This document shows, piece after piece, positions 23,860 through 35,021 of a stretch of 48,649 bases of DNA. This stretch comes from Hydrurus foetidus. Its lineage: Eukaryota. How positions within the stretch are numbered: the stretch's first letter is position 1; each line of letters starts with the position of its first letter. Both the position numbers and the translations under genes were made by a program. The notes beneath the pieces were generated by a model. The model had not been told where the DNA came from, did no database searches, and saw only the letters and a program-made list of their open reading frames with translations. The DNA is taken from positions 1 through 48,649 of the forward strand of contig UYFQ01000184.1 in the NCBI GenBank assembly GCA_900617105.1, written 5' to 3'.

Positions 23860-26800
23860 TCACAATTTCATTCCTCGGGAGCCGGTGACTAGGTCTCGCA
23901 GCTTGACAAACGTTGTTCCATGGAGGGGCTTCGTCAAGAGATCCGCTACCATCTCTCCAGTCGGCAGGTACTCAATGCTGATCTCTTTCTCTTCCAAGTA
24001 ATGTTGAATGAAAAAATATCTGATCTTCACATGGCGTGTTCGCTCACTTGTTGACCTCCCCTTATTGGCCAGGCATATTGTCGACTTGTTGTCCTGATAT
24101 ACTGTCGCTGGTCCAAGGCGCAGTCCTTGGTGTAGCAGGAATTCTCTCGTCCAGAGAATCTGAGAAAGCGCATCGGACACCCCGACCAGTTCAGCCTCAG
24201 TGGAAGATCTAGTAACGATCTTTTGCTTGCCACTCTTGACATAAATGGTAGCCTCACCGATCATGATCACAATTCCTGTCACCGACTTCATGTCTTCATA
24301 TATTCCAAAGGATGCATCCACATAAGCCTTTACTTCACAAGTCTCTCCAACTTTTAATATCATCTTCTGATCCCTTGTGAACAACAGGTACGACAGGATC
24401 CGGGCGAGTTTCTTAAAGTCGTCTTCATTCGGAGAAAGAACCCTTGTCGCACAGAAGGACACTGCAGTCAGGATATCTCCTCGTGTCCGCTTCGCAAGGT
24501 AGTGTAATTCCATTACGCAGGAATGAAATATCTGCTGAAGTTTATGACTGAGTTTTGGGCAGCTTTCGTTGCTTCGAAACAACATCTCTGTCGCTGGAGT
24601 CATTGCTTTCTTCGACACATCGTACTTGTTCAGAATATTGCTGACGTAACCTTCCATGCTTAAACTCACTTCTCCAGGTGTTCGGAAGTCCCAATTAATT
24701 CCGAGGAAGTTGTGTTCCTGGCCACTTCTCACTGTGACTCCTCCATATCGCTCCCGTAAAGCATTTGCAACCAACTCCAGATCGGATTGCTTCGAGGAGG
24801 TAAGCAGGAGGTCATCGACGTAGACAAGAATTGTATTTGTCTTTCCATCACTAACTTTGTTATATACACATTTATCATAGGGGTTCCTGCAGTACCCAAG
24901 ACCCTCTAGTGTGCTCGACAGTTCCTCGTACCAGAGCACAGCTGATTGAATACAGCCGTAGAGAGCTTTCTGCAGCTGTACAAGGATGGTCCCATTATTG
25001 CGACGGTAAGCTTTGTATTCCTCACAAACCTCGCACAACATTTCAGATACTTCGCTTGATAACATCATTCTCACTTCTGGACCTTTCATTGTTGCGTTCA
25101 AGTAAGCCGCCTTATGGTCCAGAGTCATGACGAAATCTCCGCGATGAGCAGCAATTGCTGCTTGGGCAAAAACAGCTGTCAGGGAGACAGTTGGCGATGA
25201 GGTCTCCTGGTCTGAGTACAATGATCGGTCCTGCCGATGGCCACCGGCGACTAGCCGTGCTTTCATTCTGTCAAAGATTCCGCTTGGAAGCTTCTTTTCA
25301 GTAAGGAACATTTTTGACGGAATGGCTCCATGGGCATGATCTGATGGGCTGAGCCCTTTGAATACTCTCTTCGATACGCAGTGAGTAAGTTCCAGAATTA
25401 CTGCGTCCCGAACGATGGCTTCTCCGTACGTTGCTGTGGCTGCCTTGATGGTAAGTGCTGCGTACACGTGTTGCACTTTTGTCGACTTGCGTAGATTGTA
25501 ACCTTTGTTCAGCTCGTTTCTCATCTGTGCAACCTCCGATGCTATATCCCTAACGGCAAGCTTCTCATTATCAGCTGTATTATCAACTTCATTTTGTTCT
25601 ACTACTCTCGTTGCCAATTCTTGTGTAATCTGTTCCCTGTCTTCCGCAGGGTCGGTGGCGGGAGCGTCATCCAAGTCAGACTCTTCTATTGGGATGGTAA
25701 ATTCTGCTGGATCCAACTCGGTCTCTGCTGTTGGATTGGTCGATTCATCTAGATTCAAATCGTCTGGAGGATCATTGGCAGATACCAGGACGGGCAGTGG
25801 TGATGTCACAGTGGAGTTATCCTCTGCTACCCCTCGATTTGGGTCTAGCGCATAGGGGCTGTTCGGATCCGGCAGATGTGGTTCTGGATCGTTCTGCTCG
25901 TTTTGGTGGAGTGGGGGAGTGCCTGCAAGGCGGCGCAGTCTTTCGATTGCTTCGTTTGTCAGCGGTGCAGGGCGAAATGTATCGCCGGTTACCTCTGCCA
26001 GAGTGCCGAGGTTGAAGCAACGGTGGGTTCCTTTCAGGTTGCGTGTGGTACCCAGCCATATGCAATAGTCGGCACGTGGCGCAGCGGTGTTGGTGTGAGT
26101 TCCTGGGGCACGCTGTAAGAATCCTGATGTCCCGAAGGCATGCGGGGCGTCAATTTTATAGCTCGGAGTTCTGCCTCGGAAGGCAGTGTATGCTGGCAGG
26201 TGTCCCGGTGCGTTGGATTTAGGGACCATGTTGGCTGTGTGCACGACAAATGCGATGAGGGCAGGAGCAAGCCTTAACGGGAGTGGAAACGGTAAGCTGA
26301 ATAGCGTGCTCCTTGCTTTATTCTTCACGTGTCGAATAGCTGCCTCAGCATGTGGTGTATGCGAGCCATGTCCTAAAATATTCAATTGAGCACCTAATTC
26401 CTCTACTGATGTTCGTGCTGATTTGATTGCACCTTCACCGTCCGAAGTAACTGTTCTTATATGAAATCCCTTTGCCTTGTACTGATTTATATGCAGGAGT
26501 AAGGCTTTACCGGCCTTGGACCTAGAACCTTCGGAGGGCTTGAATCCAGTTGTCTGTTCATGTCCTGAGCCTAAATGGGTCACCATTATCAGCCCCAAGA
26601 GTACTGAGATGCTCAGAAAGAAGACGTTGCCCAGGAAGAAGAACAAGTCGACTTGGAGTTCTTGAGCAACTGACTCGTGTACGGGGATTTGATCGTCTTC
26701 TCGGCTTTTTGTGGTGCGTTGAGTACCCTGCCCCAGCTGGTTTGCCGCTGGCGTCCCATAGATATTCTGGGCATTTACAAGGTCAGCCCTCGTAAAATCG

Positions 26801-28518
26801 ATATCTTTAATGCATCCTCTTTGAACCATCTCAGCTGCTCCTTTGTAACTGACGTATCCCATGCGTGTAATGAATTCGTAGGCATGTCGAGCGCTCGCCA
26901 ACTGCCGAGCGGAATATTTGGCTGGACTGTTTACTACGTAAACTGGAAGAGATGCGACCATGTCCATCACGTAATGACCGTTTACGCAATGGAAGGTAAG
27001 TTTTGGTCCAGTGGATGCAACGGCAACGAATGTATCGGTGTCTTCGTCGTAATATACCGAGTGCGTTTCTTTCAATTTACTGTAGCTGATGATGTTGGCA
27101 CTCATGCGTGGACTGTAGTAGCCTTTAATGCCAATGTCTTTTATGGTAGCTTCCTCTGTGATTCTAACTCTATTCCCCGTGATTCCTTGGATTGTCACAG
27201 GCGATTGGGAATCTTGGATGTCAATCGCTATCACGGGGCTGTGAAGTAAGTGGATTCCGGATTGGGTATCCAACAAGATGACGGTGTCATCTTCTCTTGT
27301 TGCTGCAGAGAGGAGTACGTGGCTGACTACATCAGTTGCGATCGATTGGACCGCGGAGTAGTAGATGATCTCATCTTCAGCGAGTCCAGCAAAGTGGACT
27401 TGTTTGACTGGACACTTATTGGACCGATGGCCCTTTTTGCCGCATGTCCAACAGACAATGTTGTCTGGGGTAATTGAAGGTGGGCCTTTGCCTTCTGTCT
27501 CGGTACCTTCGGTTCTCGGTTTCGCAGGAACGCTTCGACCGCGTCCTCTGCCACCGCGACCTCGTCCGGATCTACCCCCGCGCCCTCGTCCTCTGCCACC
27601 ATCGATGTTCAGGTCGTCTGCTCTTGATAGGTAAACACTTTCCAAACCGTTTCCTGCATTTCCTCTGAATCGAATTATCTGAGTATCTTTTATCTCCTTC
27701 CACAGTGTCGAGCTGGCTTCTGGAAGGTCTGCGATACCTCGCCTTTCGTTGTCAAAGTAATCCTTTGTCAAGGATGCGTATCTGGCCATGTCCAGACGAT
27801 TCAAGATGCCGATGACGAGTTCATCTTCGGGAATCACTGGAAGGCCGACAGCAGACCGCTCGAGCTGATGGTCCTCCACTCTCTTCCGGAACGCGAAGCT
27901 TGTTTCGTGAGGCTGCATCCGCAGAGTGGACCAGAGTTGGCTGACTCTTTCTCTGTCTTGTCCAGGGTTTCCACTTTGCCGCGCGATGTGAGTCGCTCGA
28001 ATCCTGGCGATGAGGTAAAGGAGGTCCCTTGTGTTGTATGCTTCTTCCCAGTCTTCATCGTCCTTTATTTCACACCTTGATGATTCACTCAATTGAGCAT
28101 AGACTAGGGCAAATACCGCTTTCTTTTCTTCTACAATCTTCTTTGCATCCGTTTTATAATCTTTGCGGTCACTTATAGAACTTGCCAAAATCATTTTACC
28201 CAGGTTGCCGGTCGGAATGTTGTCTGGCATTTCTGGCTCTTCTTCTTCTGCCCCAAACTCGGGGGGTGTAGACCAGAAGGCGTAGCATATAGAGGGTTTA
28301 TAGCGGATGGCCACGTGTTCGCCCATTGTTTGTAAGAACTCTATGGGTTTGTTATCTTTGCCCGATGCCCCAAAGTTGAGGCTTGGCAGATCGGGGTCGC
28401 TACCCCTAAATCTAGGCTCTCGATCTACTCTTGTGTTGGTAGATGATGGGGACTGTCTTCCTCGACCGGCTCCCCTGCCTTGGCCTCTTTGGCCTCGACC
28501 GTGTCCGCGTCCAGACAT
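23860..28518 (-). CDS. Copia gag-pol polyprotein (1552 aa)
   Basis: RGG tracts, CWTCGKKGHRSNKC, protease LLDTQS, integrase VDLFF/SDGEG/AEAAIR, RT YVDDLL, RNase H YVDASFG/SSTEAE/QDNKS/ADLLTKPL, in Copia order. Confidence 0.97.
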   Translation of the reverse strand: MSGRGHGRGQRGQGRGAGRGRQSPSSTNTRVDREPRFRGSDPDLPSLNFGASGKDNKPIEFLQTMGEHVAIRYKPSICYAFWSTPPEFGAEEEEPEMPDNIPTGNLGKMILASSISDRKDYKTDAKKIVEEKKAVFALVYAQLSESSRCEIKDDEDWEEAYNTRDLLYLIARIRATHIARQSGNPGQDRERVSQLWSTLRMQPHETSFAFRKRVEDHQLERSAVGLPVIPEDELVIGILNRLDMARYASLTKDYFDNERRGIADLPEASSTLWKEIKDTQIIRFRGNAGNGLESVYLSRADDLNIDGGRGRGRGGRSGRGRGGRGRGRSVPAKPRTEGTETEGKGPPSITPDNIVCWTCGKKGHRSNKCPVKQVHFAGLAEDEIIYYSAVQSIATDVVSHVLLSAATREDDTVILLDTQSGIHLLHSPVIAIDIQDSQSPVTIQGITGNRVRITEEATIKDIGIKGYYSPRMSANIISYSKLKETHSVYYDEDTDTFVAVASTGPKLTFHCVNGHYVMDMVASLPVYVVNSPAKYSARQLASARHAYEFITRMGYVSYKGAAEMVQRGCIKDIDFTRADLVNAQNIYGTPAANQLGQGTQRTTKSREDDQIPVHESVAQELQVDLFFFLGNVFFLSISVLLGLIMVTHLGSGHEQTTGFKPSEGSRSKAGKALLLHINQYKAKGFHIRTVTSDGEGAIKSARTSVEELGAQLNILGHGSHTPHAEAAIRHVKNKARSTLFSLPFPLPLRLAPALIAFVVHTANMVPKSNAPGHLPAYTAFRGRTPSYKIDAPHAFGTSGFLQRAPGTHTNTAAPRADYCIWLGTTRNLKGTHRCFNLGTLAEVTGDTFRPAPLTNEAIERLRRLAGTPPLHQNEQNDPEPHLPDPNSPYALDPNRGVAEDNSTVTSPLPVLVSANDPPDDLNLDESTNPTAETELDPAEFTIPIEESDLDDAPATDPAEDREQITQELATRVVEQNEVDNTADNEKLAVRDIASEVAQMRNELNKGYNLRKSTKVQHVYAALTIKAATATYGEAIVRDAVILELTHCVSKRVFKGLSPSDHAHGAIPSKMFLTEKKLPSGIFDRMKARLVAGGHRQDRSLYSDQETSSPTVSLTAVFAQAAIAAHRGDFVMTLDHKAAYLNATMKGPEVRMMLSSEVSEMLCEVCEEYKAYRRNNGTILVQLQKALYGCIQSAVLWYEELSSTLEGLGYCRNPYDKCVYNKVSDGKTNTILVYVDDLLLTSSKQSDLELVANALRERYGGVTVRSGQEHNFLGINWDFRTPGEVSLSMEGYVSNILNKYDVSKKAMTPATEMLFRSNESCPKLSHKLQQIFHSCVMELHYLAKRTRGDILTAVSFCATRVLSPNEDDFKKLARILSYLLFTRDQKMILKVGETCEVKAYVDASFGIYEDMKSVTGIVIMIGEATIYVKSGKQKIVTRSSTEAELVGVSDALSQILWTREFLLHQGLRLGPATVYQDNKSTICLANKGRSTSERTRHVKIRYFFIQHYLEEKEISIEYLPTGEMVADLLTKPLHGTTFVKLRDLVTGSRGMKL

Positions 28519-28606
28519 CGGTTCTCCGGATCAGATGCTCTCTGAGTCCGTCCAGATACTCTCTGGATTAGCTAGCTTAAGTAGCCTTTTGCTTCTGCTA
28601 GCAATG

Positions 28607-28617
28607 TATTTCTTTGT
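28607..28617 (-). promoter_or_regulatory. Non-tRNA PBS complementary to the element's own LTR (28829-28839)
   Basis: + strand TATTTCTTTGT (28607-28617) is the exact reverse complement of ACAAAGAAATA (28829-28839). Confidence 0.7.
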
Positions 28618-29037
28618 GTTCCGAAAACGGTGAAAACACTTTCGTTTCTCGCTGGTGACTGATGCAGTCAACCTCAGTAGCGAGAGATTGTGTTTGATTT
28701 GATCCTTGTCTTTGTAATATTTAACTTGAGCCTCCTTTAATACCAGCCTCTGACAGTATAGGCGCGCTTTCCTATACTCTCTGGAGACTGTGCAAAAGGA
28801 GTGGTCGGCAACGATGTCTAATTACGTGACAAAGAAATATAACAGTTGCAGTGAAAAGCACTAACTATTTCTTCGGACGAAACCGCGTATTCGCTATGTC
28901 AATACTGAATCGTGAAGATACACTCAAGTTGTAGTTTCGTACGCTAAAACTATAGATCGTTGAGCTCATCACTTCAACCGGTATCACTATAGTGTTATAC
29001 GGTATTTGCATACATGTGAATCTGTCATTCCCAAACA
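28617..29037 (-). repeat. 5' LTR of Copia
   Basis: Identical to 23227-23647. Confidence 0.97.
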
Positions 29038-29232
29038 CACACGAGTCGAGATCACAGTAGCGGAACAGAACTGTGGGCTGCTGCTGCTGCCGATGCTCAT
29101 CAACTATTTAACTCAGAAATCAACTACTGTTCTGTCAGGAGCTGTTTTCTGACCGCCAATCTCTTAACACAGTTCGTTACTGCGGAGAAGAGCCGATTTC
29201 GACATTTGTGTCGTATTCTTTCGCGAGATCCC

Positions 29233-31700
29233 ATGAAACTGTTTCCGGTGTATGGCATTAACTTGGTGCCGTTGTATGTCCTACTGGTTGCTGAAATGGT
29301 ACACTCTTTTGCTTTGAAGGCACAATCACGACATGATCACAGATTTTTTTTAAAGAGTCGAAATTTTGGCCAGAAAGGAAATTCTCCATTAACGATGTCA
29401 AGCAATGCTGGTGGTACTCTTTGGTGGACGGAGGGACTGAAATTTGGTTGTACTGCATGTGGGCGTTGCTGTCAAAATAAGGGAGAAGTATGGTTGAATG
29501 GCGATGAATTCGCTGATTTGGCACTGTACATCTCAGAATCTCCACTTCAATTACTGGAGAGGTACAGTGAGAAAGTTACATCTGGCTGGGTGAAGGTGAA
29601 AACGGAAGTAAACCATGATCCGCTAATCTCGAGTCAATGTATATTTCTTGGTGATGATGGGAAACAGTGCTCCATATATGATGCGCGACCAACTCAATGT
29701 AGGACCTACCCTTTCTGGCCAAGTCTTTTATCAAATCGTGAAAGCTGGAGGAATGAATCAGTTCAGTCAGTAGAATCACGACGTGATGGAGATTTGTTAT
29801 TGAAGCAATATGATAGGATATCATCTGAAGAACGGCACTCAGGACGTGATGATTGTTCGTCGAAAGAATCGACTGATGAAAGATTTGAAGATTTACCAAT
29901 CGAAAAATCTGCTACGAAACTTGCGATAGACGAGGACGGCGGAGTCGCTGCACTTTATTGGACAGCAGGCACTGGAGGCTGCGAGGGCGTAGAGGATATC
30001 AACGCTCATTTAATCGACTCCTCCGTTGTCCACAATAATCTGGAGCTATACAACGCTTACACGAAATCCTTCCCATTCAGGGACGTGGGGAACGATTCGC
30101 AGAAGCTTCTCGTACGGACTGCCACAGTCATTGTAAGCACATTACCTCCACCGCTAGAACAACTTATACAGAGCAGGACATTCTCACACATTTCACCACC
30201 GTGGTAATCATGCGTACTATCAATTTTTCTCTGACCACCAAAAGGATGTGATCAAGAGTTGCCGATCCTGGATGGAGAGCTCCCTCTCCCTTCCGAACAT
30301 CACAGCAATGATTGGCACAGGAAGAATAAAGAACAGGTGATGGAGGGATGCTAGTATCTGAGGCTTATCGCGAGGATGCGAAAACAGATAAACAAGTTTT
30401 AGGAATGAATCACCCACCCGACTTACTCACTGAATCAAGTCACAACATTTAAATGCATTTTCTGCCAGTAAACACTATTTGACACTCTTTCCCAATTCTC
30501 TGATATCGTTGTGTGCACTGCATTCGAGAGTTGTTATTGCCATTGTTCCTCGTCACACTTTATCCTGCTCTACATAAGGGTTCTCAAACCATTTATTACT
30601 CCGTGTAACATGTCCCACTGTTGGTCGCAGGGTTTGTCTGAGTGACGATGGAAGGGTGATCATCGAACAGCTCAGATACGAGGTGCCTGCGATTCCTCTT
30701 TCTCCATCTTTCTCATGCGCATTCCCTTGAGCCTGAACCGTTATTTCCGTTCCTGCCATTTGACCGTTTGTTCACAGATCCTGGACCTGAAAACCACCGG
30801 ACAAGGATCAGGATCAGGACCTGAAAACTCTCCCTCCACTGTGCTCGTTATTCCAAACGCTTTCCGATCTCTAAAGGTTCGCACAGCTAAGAACACAAAA
30901 ACCTCCGAACAAATGTTGTGAACATATCGTGATTCTCTTCTTTACCTCAACTCTACCGACACTTCTCGTAGGACTTCAAAGAATATTCTCGGAACATCCT
31001 AGAGAACATTCTCCCACTGATAGAGCGGAGTCTGTCGCTTTCGGAAAGAGACCATTACATCGACTACAACCCTGTCCCTTCCAAGCATATATCCATCCCC
31101 ATCCCCTCGTCATCATCAACATCGCCATCAGCAGTTAGATTAGGGGTGACGTCCATTAGTTGGAGAGATGTGACCGCTGCCGCTGCCAGCACCATGACAA
31201 CAGTAACCACTGCTGACCACCCTCCGATACGAGACTCTTCCTCCTCCTCACCTTTTCCCGATCTGCCTCTCCCTCCTGTGCCACGTCCCCCTCAAGCACA
31301 ACTATCTGAAGGACCAGTCCTACCCACTAGGGCAGTTTCGCAATACGCACTGGATTCCTCAGCAGGGTCCAAAGTCCTCATTTCCTCCCAACCCGAGTCA
31401 CGTTCTGCATCACCGCTGCCGACAGCTGCCAAGGTGATTAAGATGTATCAAATGATCACGATGGTTGAACCAGCTCTCGTCAATTCCAGTTGACAGCTCT
31501 TTATTTATGATGGCATATTAGCGTATTCGAGAAACAAGAAATCGACTAATACTAGAGCAATTCTATTTTTTCTCCATCAGCTGCTGTTCTTCCACCCATC
31601 GGCCTCGTCTGACGGACTGCTGACAGCTCTGCACATGGGTGTGGAGTGGGAGAAAGGACAAAGCGTCCCATACCCCTTCATACTGATACAGATGGGGTGA
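29233..31700 (+). CDS. Multi-exon gene: YkgJ-family CxxCxxCC cysteine-cluster protein with signal/transit-like presequence and probable DUF1415-like C-terminus
   Basis: Exon 1 (29233-30132, donor GTAAG) has WWTEGLKFGCTACGRCC, CIFL...CSIYDARPTQCRTYPFWP and GGCEG. Later candidate exons give DVIKSCRSWMES, TVLVIPNAF, DFKEY, KLLFFHP and ASPYPFILI. Downstream exon structure is tentative. Confidence 0.75.
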
Positions 31701-33249
31701 AGTAATGTCCATGGGGGAAGGGGAGAGGATAGATACTGAACACCAGGGATCGAACGGACAGAATAGAGGCAGTTCGCAAAGTGCATCGCTATCAGCCACG
31801 GCAGCGACAATCACTTGCTTCGTCATTAAGGCGATAGAGATCTCTGATGCACTGAGATGGCACTGACCGGTCTCACCAGCAGCGAAGAACGTGCGAGGAT
31901 CGTGATGAGATATGCTGTATTGTGGATGTGTGTTGCAGCATAAGCAATTTTGATCCACCGACTGTTATGTTGCGATCACGGCCTATGTTGCCCTGTGGTC
32001 TGATCTGCACTCCATACTACGCCCAATTCATCTGCACAGCAATGGCGCTCGACCAACTCTTTAAGCTGTGCCTCTCTACCGCATTTTACACTGTGACATA
32101 CATCAGCGCAGAAACTCTCAGCAGCAAACACGCATATGCGCTGCCACGATATTGTGATTGGGAGAAATGGGAAGGAGGGAGGGGGAGAGGGAGGGAGGAA
32201 AGATGTGAAGGGATAGTGCGGTCTGGCTGTCTGGAGACAGCATCAGTAACTGAGCTTAACTGTGATGTTCCACATATTTCCACCGTTGATATGAAGTGCG
32301 AGTAGCGTGTATCAAATTCTGCTCATATTTTTGAATATAAGCATCATCTGTTTTGTTCCTGCGGTAGCTCCGAATGAAATTACTCGGATTGGAAATATTT
32401 CGCAATCCTCTGTAACATACAAGAAGGGAGACGCACGAAATCCACAAAACTTTACCTTCCGATTCGTTACGTTCAGGGAATTCTCGTTAGCCCTCATTTT
32501 CCCTCTTTGCATCGGAGTGCTTGCATCTTCCCATACAAAATGACTCCAACCCATTTATGCACGTTCTGCTCCTTCGTCACGCGGTTAGTTCTTATGCAAT
32601 CCGTGAGAGACCGCCCGGCCTCGATTATACATCTACCCCGATACTAATGTGAAGGAGTGGGTCAGTAGATGAAGTGAGAGCTGTTACGTTGCGGTGACTG
32701 TACTGGAAGTTAGTGTCTGCGTGGTTTCCTGTGTGATTCATAGTCCATGTGATGTGAACATCCACTGTGTGTATGCTTATCAAGCAGTGTAACAGCATCC
32801 ATAATTATTTCCAACGTCTTATGTTATGGCCATCAAGGAACGGTGCAGTTCGTATGGTTTCAGTGTTCTCTTAGTATATTTACAAATGCCGACATCTTAT
32901 AGTGGCCACATAGAGTATTCTACGGAAAGTTGCGTTGTGTCAATAACAGTGTGATTTATATGTCCATGTTTTCTATACAGGTGGTGCGAGGGTGATGAGT
33001 GATGCGCTCTCGACATGCTGGGCGATTCCGTTTTGAAAAACATGTAATTCCGTTGTGAAGTACACGCTGGCTTCTTCAAGGGGTGTCTTCGTCGTAATAG
33101 AAGCGCATCCGAAACGTGGATATGGACAGTTAGTAGGGGTAGTACTCTCCGGGGTTTCCGAAATGTCCCGAAATTAGTGGCAGAATACAAAATTTGTTGA
33201 GGGGAGGGAAGGGGAGGGGAGCTGACGCCAACAGCAATGTTCTGAAGGG

Positions 33250-34587
33250 TCATATGGACATTACTACTTCTAGGCCTGCCTGTTCGTAGAAATTATTTTC
33301 CGCGCACATTTCGTCAAAATTTGTCGAGGACCATCTAAGAGGGGGATCTATTGTGGGATATTGTCTTCCAGAGAATGGTAGGAAGTCCATGAGGTGGCGG
33401 TATGCTTCGCCTATATCGTCCCAAACTATCGAAAAAGTTGCACCGTTGGAAACTGTGGGGTCGTTGTAGATGACAAGGGTTAGATCCACCCATTCGGGAT
33501 CCCAGATGTTCGCAAGCCTATTTATCTGCCCTTTTCCCCGATAAGCGGCGCGTATGTTTGTTTGCCTCTCGCTCATTAGGGTGGCGTCGACTACGCCATT
33601 GTTACTGAAGAAAATTATCGGCCGTCTATCTGCGGCAATCCACGAATGAAACTCGTATGAGTTTGTGACGTCGACAGTGAAAGAGAGCTGCGCTGCTGGC
33701 ACGTTTGGATCGCCCGTCACCTTCAGGCCATCGATTACGTAATATGGTTCGTCGCCACTTGCACTAGAATTCTCCTCTGATATTCGGCAGTCGTTTTCTA
33801 TTAGGGAGATGTGAAGAAGTTCCAGTCCGTGAGAGCCAAAAGGCGCGACGAAAAGACCAGTTATGCGCTCTGCATTGCCAAGTATATTTGATCTGTGAGG
33901 AGAATGATCCATGTCTTTCTTCTTCGAGGGTTGAAATTTATTTGGAAGTGGCTGTAGAAAATAACTGTTGCTCGTTCCAGGAACACTCGAGCTTTGGTAA
34001 AGAGGTCGTAACTCGATTTCCCCCCGTTTGTTAAACTCGAGAGTGAACAGCCCTTCGTCATTCTCATGAAGGTGGCAGACTAGTCGTTTATGCCGATGGC
34101 TGTATTTAATTTTCATGGAAGAAACGCATTCTCCGGATGCCTCAATGACTTCCAGTGTTATAATTCTTTGCGCGCAGCCTCTAATTGTGTTTAGCCGCAT
34201 GCAGACGAGTCCACCGCACGACTGACTGTGATTGCCTGGAATATTGCTTTCTCCTTCTCTCGGTGAAATCATGTACCATCCGATGAGACTCGTTCTTGCC
34301 TTGTGCAGGCAAAGATACAGAGATTTCGGGTCCGGAAAATGTAAAGATATCAGTGCCTCCTGAACGAAGCGTTCTGTTCTCGTGGGTGACTGGACATAGG
34401 CGAGTAATTTTTCACCGTAAGAATACCATAAGCGTTGATCATTGACAAGATTTTTTGCCAGTTTTGATGTCGCGCCAAAGCGGGATGCATCTGCAGGGTT
34501 CAGAAAACAGATGATTTCAAAAAGCCATTCAGACGCTAGCATCATCATTTGCAGGGGCTCTGCGGATGAGCCACTTCGCACGATCAT
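33250..34587 (-). CDS. F-box protein with cyclin D1-binding/DUF3506 domain (FBXO31-like)
   Basis: N-terminal F-box (LASEWLFEIICFLNPADASRFGATSK...LW), then GLFVAPFGSHGLELL and GLKVTGDPNVPA motifs. Confidence 0.85.
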   Translation of the reverse strand: MIVRSGSSAEPLQMMMLASEWLFEIICFLNPADASRFGATSKLAKNLVNDQRLWYSYGEKLLAYVQSPTRTERFVQEALISLHFPDPKSLYLCLHKARTSLIGWYMISPREGESNIPGNHSQSCGGLVCMRLNTIRGCAQRIITLEVIEASGECVSSMKIKYSHRHKRLVCHLHENDEGLFTLEFNKRGEIELRPLYQSSSVPGTSNSYFLQPLPNKFQPSKKKDMDHSPHRSNILGNAERITGLFVAPFGSHGLELLHISLIENDCRISEENSSASGDEPYYVIDGLKVTGDPNVPAAQLSFTVDVTNSYEFHSWIAADRRPIIFFSNNGVVDATLMSERQTNIRAAYRGKGQINRLANIWDPEWVDLTLVIYNDPTVSNGATFSIVWDDIGEAYRHLMDFLPFSGRQYPTIDPPLRWSSTNFDEMCAENNFYEQAGLEVVMSI

Positions 34588-34821
34588 CTTTTCAAATTCG
34601 CTGTGTATGATTGGGCTCTAAGATGTATTGTAATTCTGTTCTCAATGGGTACTGCCAACCCGAAGTGCTGTTCGGGTGATACCAAAGTATTCAGTGTGCC
34701 CTTCTACGAAGACAGGGTGAGAACTCCTCCTGCTGACTGATGACATACAAGATCTCGCGTGTTTTCGACCAAAAGGTGTTCTCGTTGAGGAACGAATCTT
34801 TCTCTGGAAATTACACGGTTA

Positions 34822-35021
34822 CAGCGAAACTATACGAAAATTTTCGCACGAAAAGCGACCGAAAAACCGGCTGAAAAGCGACCGAAAATGAAAACCTCGG
34901 TTTTCGGACGGTCGCTTTTCCGTTCGCTGCACCCAAATCGTGGGGCACAAAAGCAAAACCGGGACAAAACCGCGCTTTTCAAAAACCGGCCTTGTGCGAA
35001 AATTTTCGTATAGGTTCGCTG
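34822..35021. mobile_element. 200-bp MITE, superfamily uncertain
   Basis: 28-bp TIR CAGCGAA(A/C)CTATACGAAAATTTTCGCAC. TTA at 34819-34821 and 35022-35024. Confidence 0.8.

Larger units (their letters stand above)
23227..29037 (-). mobile_element. Intact Ty1/Copia retrotransposon (CoDi-like), identical LTRs, 5-bp TSD CACAC
   Basis: 421-bp LTRs at 23227-23647 and 28617-29037, no differences seen by eye. CACAC at 23222-23226 and 29038-29042. Confidence 0.98.

Noticed and set aside
32256..32554. Possible small spliced minus-strand gene
   Set aside because: A GT-AG intron-like segment exists, but the joined products are very short with no recognisable motif.
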